Assembly: GCA_052279835.1 (NCBI GenBank)
Contig: CP181291.1
Location: 544,001 to 608,000, forward strand
Direction of reading: 5' to 3'
Source of the DNA: Microcoleus sp.
GTDB lineage: Bacteria > Cyanobacteriota > Cyanobacteriia > Cyanobacteriales > Microcoleaceae
Length of the DNA: 64,000 bases
The notes under the pieces were generated by a model, which did not search any database, had not been told where the DNA came from, and saw only the letters and a list, made by a program, of their open reading frames with translations. Both the position numbers and the translations under genes were made by a program. The number at the start of each line of letters is the position of its first letter. Within the stretch, counting starts at the first letter, position 1. Of the stretch, positions 39,340-50,656 are shown one piece after another.

Positions 39340-40311
39340 GTGGATTTAAGTCTCGTATCATCAAATATCTTAAATCCACCCGTATTAGCTTTTTTTATGG
39401 GACTGCTGGCAGTTTTTCTCAAATCTGATTTAGAAATTCCAGCACCAATCCCCAAACTGTTTTCATTGTACTTACTGTTTGCGATCGGATTTAAGGGCGG
39501 AGTAGAACTGGCAAAAAGTGGCATCGACCAGCAAGTTGCACTGACAATACTAGCAGCGATGTTGATGTCAGCCCTTGTGCCGGTTTATACTTTCTTTATA
39601 CTCAGAATCAAACTTGATTCTTACAATGCTGCTGCAATAGCAGCTACCTATGGTTCCATCAGTGCGGTAACATTTATCACCGCCACTTCTTTTCTCAAAG
39701 AACTGGGAATTGACTTTAACGGCTACATGGTAGCAGCCCTAGCATTAATGGAATCCCCAGCAATTATCGTCGGTCTCATTCTCGTTAGCGTATTCGGCGG
39801 GGAAGAAGGAAAACGCGAAATAGTTTGGCCAGAAGTGCTGCAAGAATCCTTCCTGAATAGCTCTGTATTTCTGCTCATCGGTAGCCTAATTATGGGTATA
39901 CTGACAGGAGAACATGGTTGGCAAGTGCTGAGTCCTTTTACCCAAGATTTGTTTTACGGGGTTCTGACTTTTTTCTTGTTGGACATGGGACTTGTCGCCG
40001 CCAGCAGAATTAAAGATTTGCAAGAAGCAGGAATTTTTCTGATCGGTTTTGCCATCCTAATTCCTATAGTAAATGCAGTGATTGGTTTGCTAATAGCGAA
40101 ATTAATTGGAATGCCACAAGGAGATGCTTTGCTGTTTTCGGTATTGTGCGCCAGTGCTTCTTATATAGCAGTTCCAGCAGCCATGCGGCTAACGGTTCCC
40201 GAAGCTAACCCAAGTCTTTATATTTCAACGGCTTTAGCAGTGACGTTTCCGTTTAATATCATTGTAGGTATTCCCATGTATCTATATGTAATCAATATAT
40301 TTTGGAGGTGA
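39340..40311 (+). CDS. SbtA-like sodium-dependent bicarbonate transport family permease (DUF897)
   Basis: KSDL, IGFKGG, YGSISAVTF, MESPA, ASASYIAVPAA, TFPFN. Confidence 0.88.
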   Translation: MDLSLVSSNILNPPVLAFFMGLLAVFLKSDLEIPAPIPKLFSLYLLFAIGFKGGVELAKSGIDQQVALTILAAMLMSALVPVYTFFILRIKLDSYNAAAIAATYGSISAVTFITATSFLKELGIDFNGYMVAALALMESPAIIVGLILVSVFGGEEGKREIVWPEVLQESFLNSSVFLLIGSLIMGILTGEHGWQVLSPFTQDLFYGVLTFFLLDMGLVAASRIKDLQEAGIFLIGFAILIPIVNAVIGLLIAKLIGMPQGDALLFSVLCASASYIAVPAAMRLTVPEANPSLYISTALAVTFPFNIIVGIPMYLYVINIFWR

Positions 40312-40312
40312 G

Positions 40313-40624
40313 ATGATGGATTCAGTTAAAAGAATAGAAATCATAGCTCATTCAGTTGAGCTGGGAAAGATTTTAGATGGCTTAGATAAGGCAGGAGTGC
40401 CTGGTTATTCGGTGATTCGTGATGTTGCTGGAAAAAGCACCAGGGATCATGTTTCCCGCGATTCATCAATGACGGCGCTGGATAACATTTATGTGCTGGC
40501 TTTTTGTTCTCCCGATCAAGTATCAGCAGTCGCAGAAAACATTAGACCGGTTCTGAATAAGTTTGGTGGGTCGTGCTTTATTTCGGATGCGGTGGAATTG
40601 CTAATTACTAGGTGTGTTGGGTAG
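40313..40624 (+). CDS. PII-like SbtB-type regulator
   Basis: KRIEII, GVPGYSVIRDVAGK, GGSCFISD; directly after the SbtA-like gene. Confidence 0.85.
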   Translation: MMDSVKRIEIIAHSVELGKILDGLDKAGVPGYSVIRDVAGKSTRDHVSRDSSMTALDNIYVLAFCSPDQVSAVAENIRPVLNKFGGSCFISDAVELLITRCVG

Positions 40625-40626
40625 GA

Positions 40627-40692
40627 AGTCAGTAGTCAGTAGTCAGTAGTCAGTAGTCAGTAGTCAGTTGACTGTTGACTGTTGACTGTTGT
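40627..40692. repeat. Heptamer tandem repeats (AGTCAGT, GTTGACT)
   Basis: Directly visible; similar tracts at 38039-38072 and 51509-51535. Confidence 0.85.
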
Positions 40693-40812
40693 CATTACCA
40701 ATTACCAAATTCTTAAGATATAAAAAAGATTAAGTTGGACAAATGAGTTGCCGTGGTAAATTTTAACGCACAAGTTGCGATCGAGATAGCGATATTTTGC
40801 AGAGGAGTTTAA

Positions 40813-41847
<1,035 letters not shown>

Positions 41848-41931
41848 TTTTTTGTGTGGGGTGGGCGGGCTATTCGCTCACCCCACACGCAGATTTATTC
41901 CATCTTCTATCTTCCATCTTCCTGCTTTAGA

Positions 41932-42035
41932 TATAGAAATCCTTGCAGGAGTCGTAAATCTTTTTACCCCACCCCAACCCTCCGCTTAGTAAGGTCCGGG
42001 AGTAAGACATTCAAAAATGATTTAGGATTGCTATA
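41932..42035. mobile_element. MITE family A, copy 2
   Basis: Colinear with 9182-9284; right TIR ends on the A of the next ATG. Confidence 0.8.
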
Positions 42036-42400
42036 TGTCTGAATTGCCACCTATCAATCACGAAACTATTTGGGCTATCCTCAACGAAGAAATCGACGAT
42101 GCTGCTGTCAATCGCTTAGTTTGGCAATATTTAGGCTACGGTTGGGATGCAGAGACTGGGCTGTGGAACAGTGAAAATGTGGCCCCGGAGTGGCGCACAG
42201 AGTATCCACAACCGCCGGATTTTATCGATTCTAGACTCGCAACGGTGAAATTGACTCGATCGATCCTTCCAGAAAACAAGCAGTTATTGAAGGAAAAATT
42301 GGGCTTTCAAGGCTATAAAATTGGGGAATTCGGACCGAGACAGACTCGGAGGGCCACGATGGCTAATTGGTTGATGGGTTTTATGGAGGCTGAAAGCTAG
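42035..42400 (+). CDS. DUF1823 family protein
   Basis: LVWQYLGY, YPQPPDFI, VKLTRSI, QLLKEKLGFQGYKIGEFGP..TRRAT. Confidence 0.85.
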   Translation: MSELPPINHETIWAILNEEIDDAAVNRLVWQYLGYGWDAETGLWNSENVAPEWRTEYPQPPDFIDSRLATVKLTRSILPENKQLLKEKLGFQGYKIGEFGPRQTRRATMANWLMGFMEAES

Positions 42401-42476
42401 AATCTCAAATTGGCAGACATCGGCCTGTTCCGTGAAGTATTCTAGAATCGGAACAAAACAAGTGTGAGAAGAATTT

Positions 42477-43175
42477 ATGAAAATCACCCCGATATCTCGC
42501 TTGACCAGCATTTCTCTCGCTAGCCTGATGCTAGCTGGTCTTTGTGTAAGTGCGATCGCCACGCCAGCCACTACCCAAGCCACCACTATCCAAACAGCCC
42601 AAGCTACTGCCAAAAAGCGTCTCGTCGTCATGGACTTCGACTACGGCACCACCAACAGTTACTATAGCTCCTACAGAGGAGTAGGCGCGGCCAAAGGCAT
42701 CAGCGAACTGCTAATCAATGAACTGGTGAACAATGGGACTTATACTGTAGTCGATCGCAGCAAACTCGAACAAGTGCTCAAACAGCAAAATCGCAGCGGC
42801 ACAATGGATGCCGGCACCGCAGCAGAAATTGGCAAACAATTAGGAGTTGATGCCGTGCTCATCGGCACTATTACCAAGTTTAATGTTGACAAACAATCCG
42901 GTGGCGGCAGTTTTATGGGAATCGGCGGTGGTTCTTCCAAAACCAAAGCCATAGTTCAAATTGACGCACGGTTAATTGGTACTGCTTCAGGAGATATTCT
43001 GGCCACCGCCAAAGCAGTAGGAGAGGCCGATCAAAGCGATTCTAGTATCTCCATCAGGGGTATCGGAGGCAATTCTAGCAGCAGCAATGAGGATTCACTT
43101 TTGAGCGCCGCTGTGGATAAAGCCGTATCACAAATGGTGACAAAACTTGCAGAAGTATCTAAGAAATTAGGTTAG
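42477..43175 (+). CDS. CsgG/HfaB-family exported protein
   Basis: Signal peptide; VMDFD, YTVVDRSKLEQVLKQQ, IGK.LGVDAVLIGTITKF, DARLI...SG.I. Confidence 0.85.
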   Translation: MKITPISRLTSISLASLMLAGLCVSAIATPATTQATTIQTAQATAKKRLVVMDFDYGTTNSYYSSYRGVGAAKGISELLINELVNNGTYTVVDRSKLEQVLKQQNRSGTMDAGTAAEIGKQLGVDAVLIGTITKFNVDKQSGGGSFMGIGGGSSKTKAIVQIDARLIGTASGDILATAKAVGEADQSDSSISIRGIGGNSSSSNEDSLLSAAVDKAVSQMVTKLAEVSKKLG

Positions 43176-43184
43176 GCCTCTTTG

Positions 43185-43214
43185 ACCCCGACTTGTTTAC
43201 TAAGTCGGGGTTTT
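43185..43214 (+). terminator. Intrinsic terminator
   Basis: ACCCCGACTT/AAGTCGGGGT followed by TTT, 10 nt after the stop. Confidence 0.75.
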
Positions 43215-43521
43215 AACAGCTAGCTTTTTATAGCATTTGAGTGACTTATATAAAATCCTCTCTTCATCGTCCTGTATTAAACTCTCTCTTCTCTTCCTCT
43301 TTCCCCCCTTGGGGGGGGCAGGGGGGGGGTCGTCCTTCGCGCCTTCGCGGTTAAATCATTCCGATACAACCGGAATTGATATTACTTAATTGTTTTTCGG
43401 GCTATTAAAACTCTCATAAAAGCAAGCTTTGAACAGGCAAGATGCCTGTTCCATAATTATTGGAGATGCCTATTTTGTGCAAAGATTGGAGAGCATCTAA
43501 CTATTTTCACGTCTAATTCTA

Positions 43522-44247
43522 CTAACTAGAACGGCCACGCTTCAGCCATGTTTTGGCTGTTCTTGCTGCTGCTACCAATTCCCTGATCCCCGGTACACGG
43601 TCAAACCACGGATTAGGATAGATGTCACTACGGGAACTCTTTTGCCACCCCAGGTTGGGAGAAGCAATCAAAGTCACAACATCGGGATTTTGAGCTCGGA
43701 AAGTAGAATAAGCTCCATCCAGGTGCATCGGACCACCGTCGGGATGTCCAGGAGGTCGCTGTTGCACTTGTTCGAGAAAACCCAAGAGGCGATCGAAAAT
43801 CCTGCCGTTTACACCGTAAAAATGAGTAGTCATCACCGCCTCAGAAAAGGGTACCAGGGGGACAGGAGACTTTTCTCCAACCTTTGCGACGTGTCCGAAG
43901 TATACGAAATCCCAATCTTGCTGACGCAGTTGTTCGACGATGGCAGCTTGCTCTGTGCTGAAATCTGGTGAAATTTCTAAGTCGTCTTCGACAATCAGGA
44001 TACTGCTCAAACCCTCCTGTTTTGCCCGCTTGAGGATAGCCACATGACTAGAAAAGCATCCCCTCGCCCCAATACTGGGGAAACCTCCTGCATCGTCGGG
44101 GCGGATTGCAGGAAATATTTCAACCTGATGGGGTTTCAGGGGCATTCCTGCAACCTCTAATTCGTTGACTATGAGTTTGCGTCTATCTGTCCTCTCAGGG
44201 AGATTTACCGCATAAACTCCCTGGAAATAATCTGTGATTTTCGTCAT
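43522..44247 (-). CDS. Glycosyltransferase family 25
   Basis: VNLPERTDRR, GCFSSH, LIVEDD, WDFVYFG. Confidence 0.88.
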   Translation of the reverse strand: MTKITDYFQGVYAVNLPERTDRRKLIVNELEVAGMPLKPHQVEIFPAIRPDDAGGFPSIGARGCFSSHVAILKRAKQEGLSSILIVEDDLEISPDFSTEQAAIVEQLRQQDWDFVYFGHVAKVGEKSPVPLVPFSEAVMTTHFYGVNGRIFDRLLGFLEQVQQRPPGHPDGGPMHLDGAYSTFRAQNPDVVTLIASPNLGWQKSSRSDIYPNPWFDRVPGIRELVAAARTAKTWLKRGRSS

Positions 44248-44409
44248 AGTTTGAGATCAAATCAAGAGACTGTTGAATCTTCGGGTTGAGCGTCCCCAAA
44301 TTTTATTTGAGGTCTGTGTCTGACTTAAATTACTCTATCTTTAGCAAACTGGATCTTCCTATTTACAAAACTTACTCTAGTTCCTGAGACAGCATCTAGT
44401 ATTGATACT

Positions 44410-46710
44410 TTAATTACCATTGGGATTGGTGGCATCAGCATCCAGACATTTTCCCTGTTGATTGGAGTTTAAGGCTGGGTTAGAGACTACCTGAGACACG
44501 GCATCTTTTTCTTGAATCCATCCCACTTCCCCCGGTTGCAGCTTAGGGATTTGGACTGCCACAGTTGGTTTAACAGTGGGGGAAGGCGATGGAGTAGAAA
44601 CAGCAGGTGAAGGATTAGTTTCTGGTTTAAAAACTCGCGAAAAATCTTTAATTGATTTGGGTTTGGGAGAATTAGATGCCACTACTTGAGGTATCGAGCA
44701 AACTTTCAATTCCAGCCAATTACCGGCCGGTGCAACCTGTTTGTTTGTTACCTGCAAAACGCTACCGGCAGGGACTGTTCCTTTTAGCTCATCACCGATT
44801 TTTTTTAGCAAATACAAGCGATCGCCCTCGGTTCCCGAAACGGCAGAATTTTTAATTTCTATAAACGAGCCTTGTTCTAAAGCTTGAATCGGATCGGGTA
44901 GGGGTGTTGCCGTTGGTGATGGACTGCTTTTAGTATTAATTACACCACGTTTCCCAAACATTGATTCCCCGGCAGCATCGATCGCCCGACCTACCGGAGG
45001 GATGAAAAAATAAGCAAATACTCCCCCCAAACCTAATAACAATACTATTTTCAGCAACAGCGAGAATAGACTTTTGCTTTTTTGTGGTAGCTGTACAAAC
45101 TCAGTTTTTAATTGAGAATTACCCTCACCCGTATTGGTGCGATCGTTCAAATCCGTGGGTACATCTTCGCTGTCAGGAATGGGTTCCCGCGACGGTTCTA
45201 AAACTGCAATGGACAGTTCTGTAAAAGTATTGTTTTTCAAATGTGCCTGACAGTGAATTAAGCCGATGGTGACGTTATCATGACCATTTCGAGTATTAGC
45301 AATATCGATCAATCGATCGCGCGCCGAGGCGACACTAATGCTACCGTCAAGAATCGGCAAAATCTCCGTTTCCCAGCATTCCTCGACCCGGTCTTTATCG
45401 CTCAAACCATCGGAACACAATAGCAAAACACAGTCCTCATCCACCACCAAACGCTGCACGCTAGGGTGGAGAGTGTTGGAAGAAGTAATCCCCAAAGCTT
45501 GAATCAGAGCACCAGCAGCCACCTGTTCCAAAGCGTCCCGGTACAGCGCGTAGCCCAAACGCACCTCGCGACAAGCCACATCGTCATCGAGAGTAACTTG
45601 ATAGCAGCCAGCGCGAGTAATCAAATAAGCCCGACTGTCTCCGACGTGGGCGACATAAAGTTCGTGGACGTGGGCTAAACCCATCACGAGGGTAGTTCCC
45701 ATGCGCTGGCGGCCCTGGCGGTGTTCGCTGTCGTTACGATCGGCTATTTCGTCATTAGCAGCACAAGCAGCTCGTTCCAGCTTGGAAATCAGAGTCAGTG
45801 GCTCGTAAATATCCTTGTGGAGGACAACTTGCTGCAACTTTTTTCGGAGTACAGAAATTGCCAATTCCGAAGCAACTTCACCGCCATCTTGTCCGCCAAT
45901 ACCATCGCAGACGATCGCGCAAGCTTCCGATCCCGGCATCACCGACAGTACGGTACCACTGGGAGGATGACAAGCATCTTCGTTGTGGGCCCGCGATCGC
46001 CCCACATCAGTGCCGGTGGCAATCTCCACCGTGCGATCGTACCATTTGCCACAAATTAGCAGAGCCTTATCCAACTGAGCCACGAGTTGTTCGCCGTTGC
46101 GAATCTGACGGGCGATCATTTGTCGGCAAAGTTCCCCCAAAAAATTGAGGATTGCCGGGTGAGCCTCATCCAGCCACTGCTGCCACAACTTTCCCAACTC
46201 CGACAAATTAGGTGGTTTACCATCGGGCTGTAACTCCAGAAACCGCACCACAGGCCCTTCCACCCGTAGCAATTCGGGAGTCAACAGCGTCGCAGCCACG
46301 CCCTGAGTAATACAGGGCTGCCAAAGTTTGGCAATTTGCCACAGCCAATTAAGCTGACGCATGGCCGAGGCCCCTCTCCAGGAGTCCGTCAATTCCCGCA
46401 TCAAGCATTCGCTGACATTGTTAATTGGCGCGTTTTCCAGCAGCCAGATATCGCCCGACAGCTTACTGACCTTGGAGGATACCATCCCATATACTTGGGG
46501 TACGTGCAGTTGATAGGCAAACAGTCTCAGATAAGGAGTTATAAAGTTTGGAATGTCTTCGGGAAGTTCCGGCAACTGTTCGGGTTGAGTATCTACCAGA
46601 AGTCGCTCGCGCTTAAGCCTGTAGCGACCGGCAATTAGATCGCCCGGTTTACAAGCTTTTATCCCTTCACCTAAAGCCCATAAGTATTTGTTTGGCACAG
46701 AGTTTTGCAT
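44410..46710 (-). CDS. PP2C-family Ser/Thr phosphatase with kinase-like N-terminal remnant, TM helix and C-terminal domain
   Basis: TDVGRSRAHNED, VCDGIGG..GGEVAS, MGTT, HVGDSR, LCSDGL, NGHDNVT. Confidence 0.9.
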   Translation of the reverse strand: MQNSVPNKYLWALGEGIKACKPGDLIAGRYRLKRERLLVDTQPEQLPELPEDIPNFITPYLRLFAYQLHVPQVYGMVSSKVSKLSGDIWLLENAPINNVSECLMRELTDSWRGASAMRQLNWLWQIAKLWQPCITQGVAATLLTPELLRVEGPVVRFLELQPDGKPPNLSELGKLWQQWLDEAHPAILNFLGELCRQMIARQIRNGEQLVAQLDKALLICGKWYDRTVEIATGTDVGRSRAHNEDACHPPSGTVLSVMPGSEACAIVCDGIGGQDGGEVASELAISVLRKKLQQVVLHKDIYEPLTLISKLERAACAANDEIADRNDSEHRQGRQRMGTTLVMGLAHVHELYVAHVGDSRAYLITRAGCYQVTLDDDVACREVRLGYALYRDALEQVAAGALIQALGITSSNTLHPSVQRLVVDEDCVLLLCSDGLSDKDRVEECWETEILPILDGSISVASARDRLIDIANTRNGHDNVTIGLIHCQAHLKNNTFTELSIAVLEPSREPIPDSEDVPTDLNDRTNTGEGNSQLKTEFVQLPQKSKSLFSLLLKIVLLLGLGGVFAYFFIPPVGRAIDAAGESMFGKRGVINTKSSPSPTATPLPDPIQALEQGSFIEIKNSAVSGTEGDRLYLLKKIGDELKGTVPAGSVLQVTNKQVAPAGNWLELKVCSIPQVVASNSPKPKSIKDFSRVFKPETNPSPAVSTPSPSPTVKPTVAVQIPKLQPGEVGWIQEKDAVSQVVSNPALNSNQQGKCLDADATNPNGN

Positions 46711-47182
46711 AAGGGTTCCTAGACGCCTTTGGGCCCAGTGCTGATCTGAACTATTTTAGCGCTTGAACCTCGACGGGTTAATACGTGGCGATTATTTTAC
46801 ACTCCCCGGTCTCGCATACGCGGGGTTTGTAAGATTTTGTTGCCTTAATATCCCTATTGCTAGGGTTTCCGGGCGCAATCCTGTTACCAAAAATCGCGGT
46901 TTGCTCTCCTAGTCTTGCAACTGGGCTCCTCGGTCTTCACTTTCCCCTAGTTGGAGGGTAAGTTTTAATGTCTTGTACTGACAAGTGGTATTTTACCACG
47001 CCAAAACACTGTGTTAACATCATTTGGCACCATCGGTAAATCCAGGCAGGATAAATCCTGCAACTACCTTTGAAACTTGGACTTTAGTCGATCGGGTTTT
47101 CAGGCGATTGTTGATAACATGGAGTCATTAATCAACTAAAGTTTAATTTGACAAGCCTCTCCAAGCAGTTGAGTATCTATCC

Positions 47183-47497
47183 ATGCCCCTAGAGGAATCC
47201 AGCCCTGTTCCTGAAAATTTTCCAGACCCAAAACTTCCTGCTGCGGTCGAAGTTGACGAAATGCTAACTCGGATTAAGCATTCCCACGGTCATTACTACA
47301 AAGTGATGAATCTTGAGGTTTGGGCGCTGGTGGAAACCCTCGATCGCGTATTTCCCGGTGCTTGGGGTAACTTCATGGCCAACCGCCAGGTGGCGGTGAA
47401 ACAGTTTTTGCAGCGCAAGGGCCAGCTAAATGGTTCAGTTGAAGCTGAGGAGATCGAGGAGAAGCCAGAAGCCAGAAGCCAGGAGCCAGAAGAATAA
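47183..47497 (+). CDS. Hypothetical protein
   Basis: Clean ORF in otherwise free space; C-terminus includes AGAAGCC heptamers. Confidence 0.65.
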   Translation: MPLEESSPVPENFPDPKLPAAVEVDEMLTRIKHSHGHYYKVMNLEVWALVETLDRVFPGAWGNFMANRQVAVKQFLQRKGQLNGSVEAEEIEEKPEARSQEPEE

Positions 47498-47566
47498 AAG
47501 CAGATTTTCCCCATTTTCCCCTTCTCCCCATCTCCCCATCTAGTTGCGATCTCCGTCTAGATAGCC

Positions 47567-47911
47567 TTACAGGTGAATTTTCGCATCCACTTGGGGAAGA
47601 CCCATGCTGTAGTTGACAGCACGGCTGTTGAGGTTATAGCTGATTTGGCCTTTCTGTAAGAACGATCGCACCAAATGCTCCAATTCCGAGCCGATGCGAC
47701 GGAGGTTGTATTCCGTCAAATCCTCGCCTTCATAGGAATCTACAAGCTCATCGAATTTGGCATACACCTGTTTAACCGACTCATCATTCCAGTTCAGTTC
47801 GTTGTCTGGGTCAATGTCCAGTGTCAACAGATCGTTGCTGGGTACAAGTTCGTTATCTTCCAGGATGGCGGTATATATGCGAATATGGCGGGTTGTGGAC
47901 TTGAGCTGCAT
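47567..47911 (-). CDS. ndhM: NAD(P)H-quinone oxidoreductase subunit M
   Basis: LKSTTRHIRI, LTLDIDPDNE, YNLRRIGS.LEH, NYSMGLP. Confidence 0.93.
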   Translation of the reverse strand: MQLKSTTRHIRIYTAILEDNELVPSNDLLTLDIDPDNELNWNDESVKQVYAKFDELVDSYEGEDLTEYNLRRIGSELEHLVRSFLQKGQISYNLNSRAVNYSMGLPQVDAKIHL

Positions 47912-48043
47912 AAGTTCTTAATCTGTAAAGATTTTTTGCTGAACTTATTGTAATGGCTGCCAGAGGCGCGATCGATTTTAGATTTGAGATTTCTGAGATG
48001 AGACTGGAGATGGGAGAATTGCCACCGTCGAGATTTTCCATCC

Positions 48044-48565
48044 TCAAGTTCTCGGAAGCCCGAAATCTTTTAATTGTTCGGCCGTCCAATTTTTGTAATA
48101 TTCAGTTTTCTCTAAAGCATCGGAAGCAGGCTTCAGCTTAGAATTTACTTGAACGGTGAAACCCGGATACGGTGCCCTCCTAGTATGAAGCCCGTCAATA
48201 TTAAAATCTTCATCGGGATGAACGTGAAAAGCCACCAAACCCAGCTCTGAAATATTATTATTGAGTTTTTCTATTAATTCTTGAGTTTGCGGTGCACTAA
48301 TTGCTGTTTTTTCAGGATTAATGACTAACATTATTTCAAAATCGGAATTGTAAAATTCATGAATCGATTGCATTATGGCAGAATCGCGATCGAACTCAGT
48401 CAGAGCTGAAAACGGTTTTATTTTGAATAAAATTTGATTAGCCAAGCGTGCTGTTTTAGTAAAGGGACAAACGGGTAAATCGCCGAAAACTGGATGCGGT
48501 AACTCGACAAACTCCGTCATCCATCTCAGGGTAGATTCTATAATTTCCGTGTCAGATTCATTCAT
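48044..48565 (-). CDS. Hypothetical protein (W..EFV..PHP..G.LPVCPF, HPD, RRAPYP; DUF1415-like)
   Basis: Motif resemblance only; ATG 48565 preferred. Confidence 0.65.
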   Translation of the reverse strand: MNESDTEIIESTLRWMTEFVELPHPVFGDLPVCPFTKTARLANQILFKIKPFSALTEFDRDSAIMQSIHEFYNSDFEIMLVINPEKTAISAPQTQELIEKLNNNISELGLVAFHVHPDEDFNIDGLHTRRAPYPGFTVQVNSKLKPASDALEKTEYYKNWTAEQLKDFGLPRT

Positions 48566-48631
48566 CGAAAATCTATGTATTATATAGTTAAGACTAATCA
48601 TAATCTATTTCTAGGGCGATGCACACCTCAC

Positions 48632-49005
48632 CATTGGTGTCAACTTAAGACTGAAACCCTCTGTCTCTCTCATTTGTATCGAAGTCTCGATCCCCCTAAA
48701 TCCCCACCCCCCCCTAGCCCCCCCACCCCCCCCTGCCCCCCCACCCCCCCCTGCCCCCCCACCCCCCCCTGCCCCCCCCAAGGGGGGATGGGGGAAGGGG
48801 GACTTTGAGAATTTTCTTGTCCCCCCCTTATTAAGGGGGGTTAGGGGGGATCTCCGGGTTAAAAAACACGCCCTAGGCCTTCCATTGCTGAGGGAATTTG
48901 AATTTTCTTGTCCCCCCCTTATTAAGGGGGGTTAGGGGGGATCTCCGGGTTAAAAAACACGCCCTACTCCTGCCATTTCTAAGGACTGAAGTCGTTACTA
49001 CAAAC
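48632..49005. repeat. Composite repeat: MITE D left end, nested C-rich units, duplicated hairpin segment
   Basis: CATTGGTGTCAACTTAAG at 48632; repeated CCCCCCCTGCCCCCCCA; two copies of AATTTTCTTGTCCCCCCCTTATTAAGGGGGGTTAGGGGGGATCTCCGGGTTAAAAAACACGCCCTA. Confidence 0.8.
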
Positions 49006-49011
49006 ATTAAT

Positions 49012-50610
49012 TCATTCGTGAATTGTGCCATCGGGCATAATTGCGCCTGCGAGTGTTGCTCCAGCCAGATTTGATCCAACCAGTTTAGCTTCCTTCAGGT
49101 TAGTTTTCTCTAAATTTGCATTGCTCAAATTTGCTCCGCACAAGTTTGCAGAACTTAAGTCTGCTGCACTTAAGTTTGCTCCATTTAGGTTAACTCCAGA
49201 GAGATTAAAGCCACTCAAGTTTTGCCCACTCAAATTAACACTTTGTAAGTTTACCCCAGTCAAATTTACCCCTGTGAGATTAGCACCATCCAAGTTAGCG
49301 CCTATACAGCAGGCCCCACTTAAGTTAACGCCACTGAAGTTAACGCCACTAAGGTTTGTATAAGTTAGGTTGACTTTACTTACCTTCGCTTGACTCAAGT
49401 CTGCTCCTGTCAAGTTAGCACTATGTAGAGTTGCCTGAGTTAAGTTAGCTCTACTCAAGTTTGCTACTATAAAGTTTGCGCTATTTAGATTTGCGGCGCT
49501 TAAGTTGGCTTGACTCAAATTTGCTTGAATTAGTCTTGCATAATACAAGGTTGCCTTGGTTAAGTTAGCCCCACTCAAGTTAGCTTCAATCAAATCAGCG
49601 CTTTGCAAGTCTGTTGAGTTCAAATTTGCACCTTGCAAGTTAGCTCCAATCAAATTTACTCCTGTTAAATTGGCATTTGCTAGATTGGCCTTGCTCAGAT
49701 TTGCTTGACTTAGACTCACATTAGAGTCGAAAGTTTGGCGACTTAGATCCACTCCCGCTAGGTTAATCCCTGTAAAATCTCGTTCTCCTTCTTTATACCT
49801 TTGCAAAAATTCCTCAGCAGTGATAGCTGCTTCCAGACTTTCTAGTCCAGAATCATCAATTTTTGCCTCTTCCTCAGATTGCATAATAATATCAGCATTC
49901 ACAGGAATAGCCACCTGTTGTTCTACCACTTCCGTAGATACAGATTCTTCCCGCAATAGCTTATCCACCCGATCGCTAAAAAGCCTCAAAACCTCAGCAT
50001 CATCAACCTTCCCACCAGCATTCGCGCCCTGAGTAACCGCATTCTCAACATAATACTTGTCTACAAAACTCTGCAACCCAGCATTATATCCCTGTCCTAC
50101 CGCCTGAAACCTCCATTCGCCATTCTTCCTATACAAACGTCCAAATTCTAAAGCCGTTTCTTCCGAAAATATCTGATTCAAATTATACCGAACCAATTCA
50201 TTTCCAGTCTCGGAATTGTAAAGTCGGATAAAAGCATTTGTAACTTGACTAAAACTTTGATGCTTTTCCTGTCCCTCGTGAATCGTCACCACAAACACAA
50301 TTTCTTGAATCCCAGAATTGATTTTACTCAAATCCACATAAACCGTCTCATCATCTCCCTCAATTTGTCCAGTTGCGCTGTCTCCTGAATGTCGCACCGC
50401 ACCGTCTGGCGATGTCAAATTATTGTAAAATACAAAATACTTTTCATCGGGAATTCGACCATCTGCTGCTAACATAAAAACTGATGCGTCAATGTCGCAG
50501 TTTTGTGCTGTCTGGCTGACTTGCCAACCTAGGGCGATCGCCAATTTATTGAAATTAGGAACTTCCTGAGAAAGATTGAACCTTTCACCCTTAGTTAATT
50601 CGATGCTCAT
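49012..50610 (-). CDS. TerD domain plus pentapeptide-repeat fusion protein
   Basis: LGW, DIDAS, FVFYNN, HSGD..TG..EGDDE, GEWRFQAVGQG, then Y..GERDF and long A(N/D)LxG repeats. Confidence 0.9.
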   Translation of the reverse strand: MSIELTKGERFNLSQEVPNFNKLAIALGWQVSQTAQNCDIDASVFMLAADGRIPDEKYFVFYNNLTSPDGAVRHSGDSATGQIEGDDETVYVDLSKINSGIQEIVFVVTIHEGQEKHQSFSQVTNAFIRLYNSETGNELVRYNLNQIFSEETALEFGRLYRKNGEWRFQAVGQGYNAGLQSFVDKYYVENAVTQGANAGGKVDDAEVLRLFSDRVDKLLREESVSTEVVEQQVAIPVNADIIMQSEEEAKIDDSGLESLEAAITAEEFLQRYKEGERDFTGINLAGVDLSRQTFDSNVSLSQANLSKANLANANLTGVNLIGANLQGANLNSTDLQSADLIEANLSGANLTKATLYYARLIQANLSQANLSAANLNSANFIVANLSRANLTQATLHSANLTGADLSQAKVSKVNLTYTNLSGVNFSGVNLSGACCIGANLDGANLTGVNLTGVNLQSVNLSGQNLSGFNLSGVNLNGANLSAADLSSANLCGANLSNANLEKTNLKEAKLVGSNLAGATLAGAIMPDGTIHE

Positions 50611-50656
50611 ATGCGATAATTTCCTTACCTCACAAATGGTATTAATTATCCCATCT

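Noticed and set aside
46711..47182. Possible riboswitch or ncRNA in the divergent spacer
   Set aside because: Only short hairpins; no Rfam-like consensus recognised by eye. An Infernal scan would settle it.
48575..49079. Pro-rich ORFs 48575-48808 and 48873-49079
   Set aside because: Derived from the composite repeat element.
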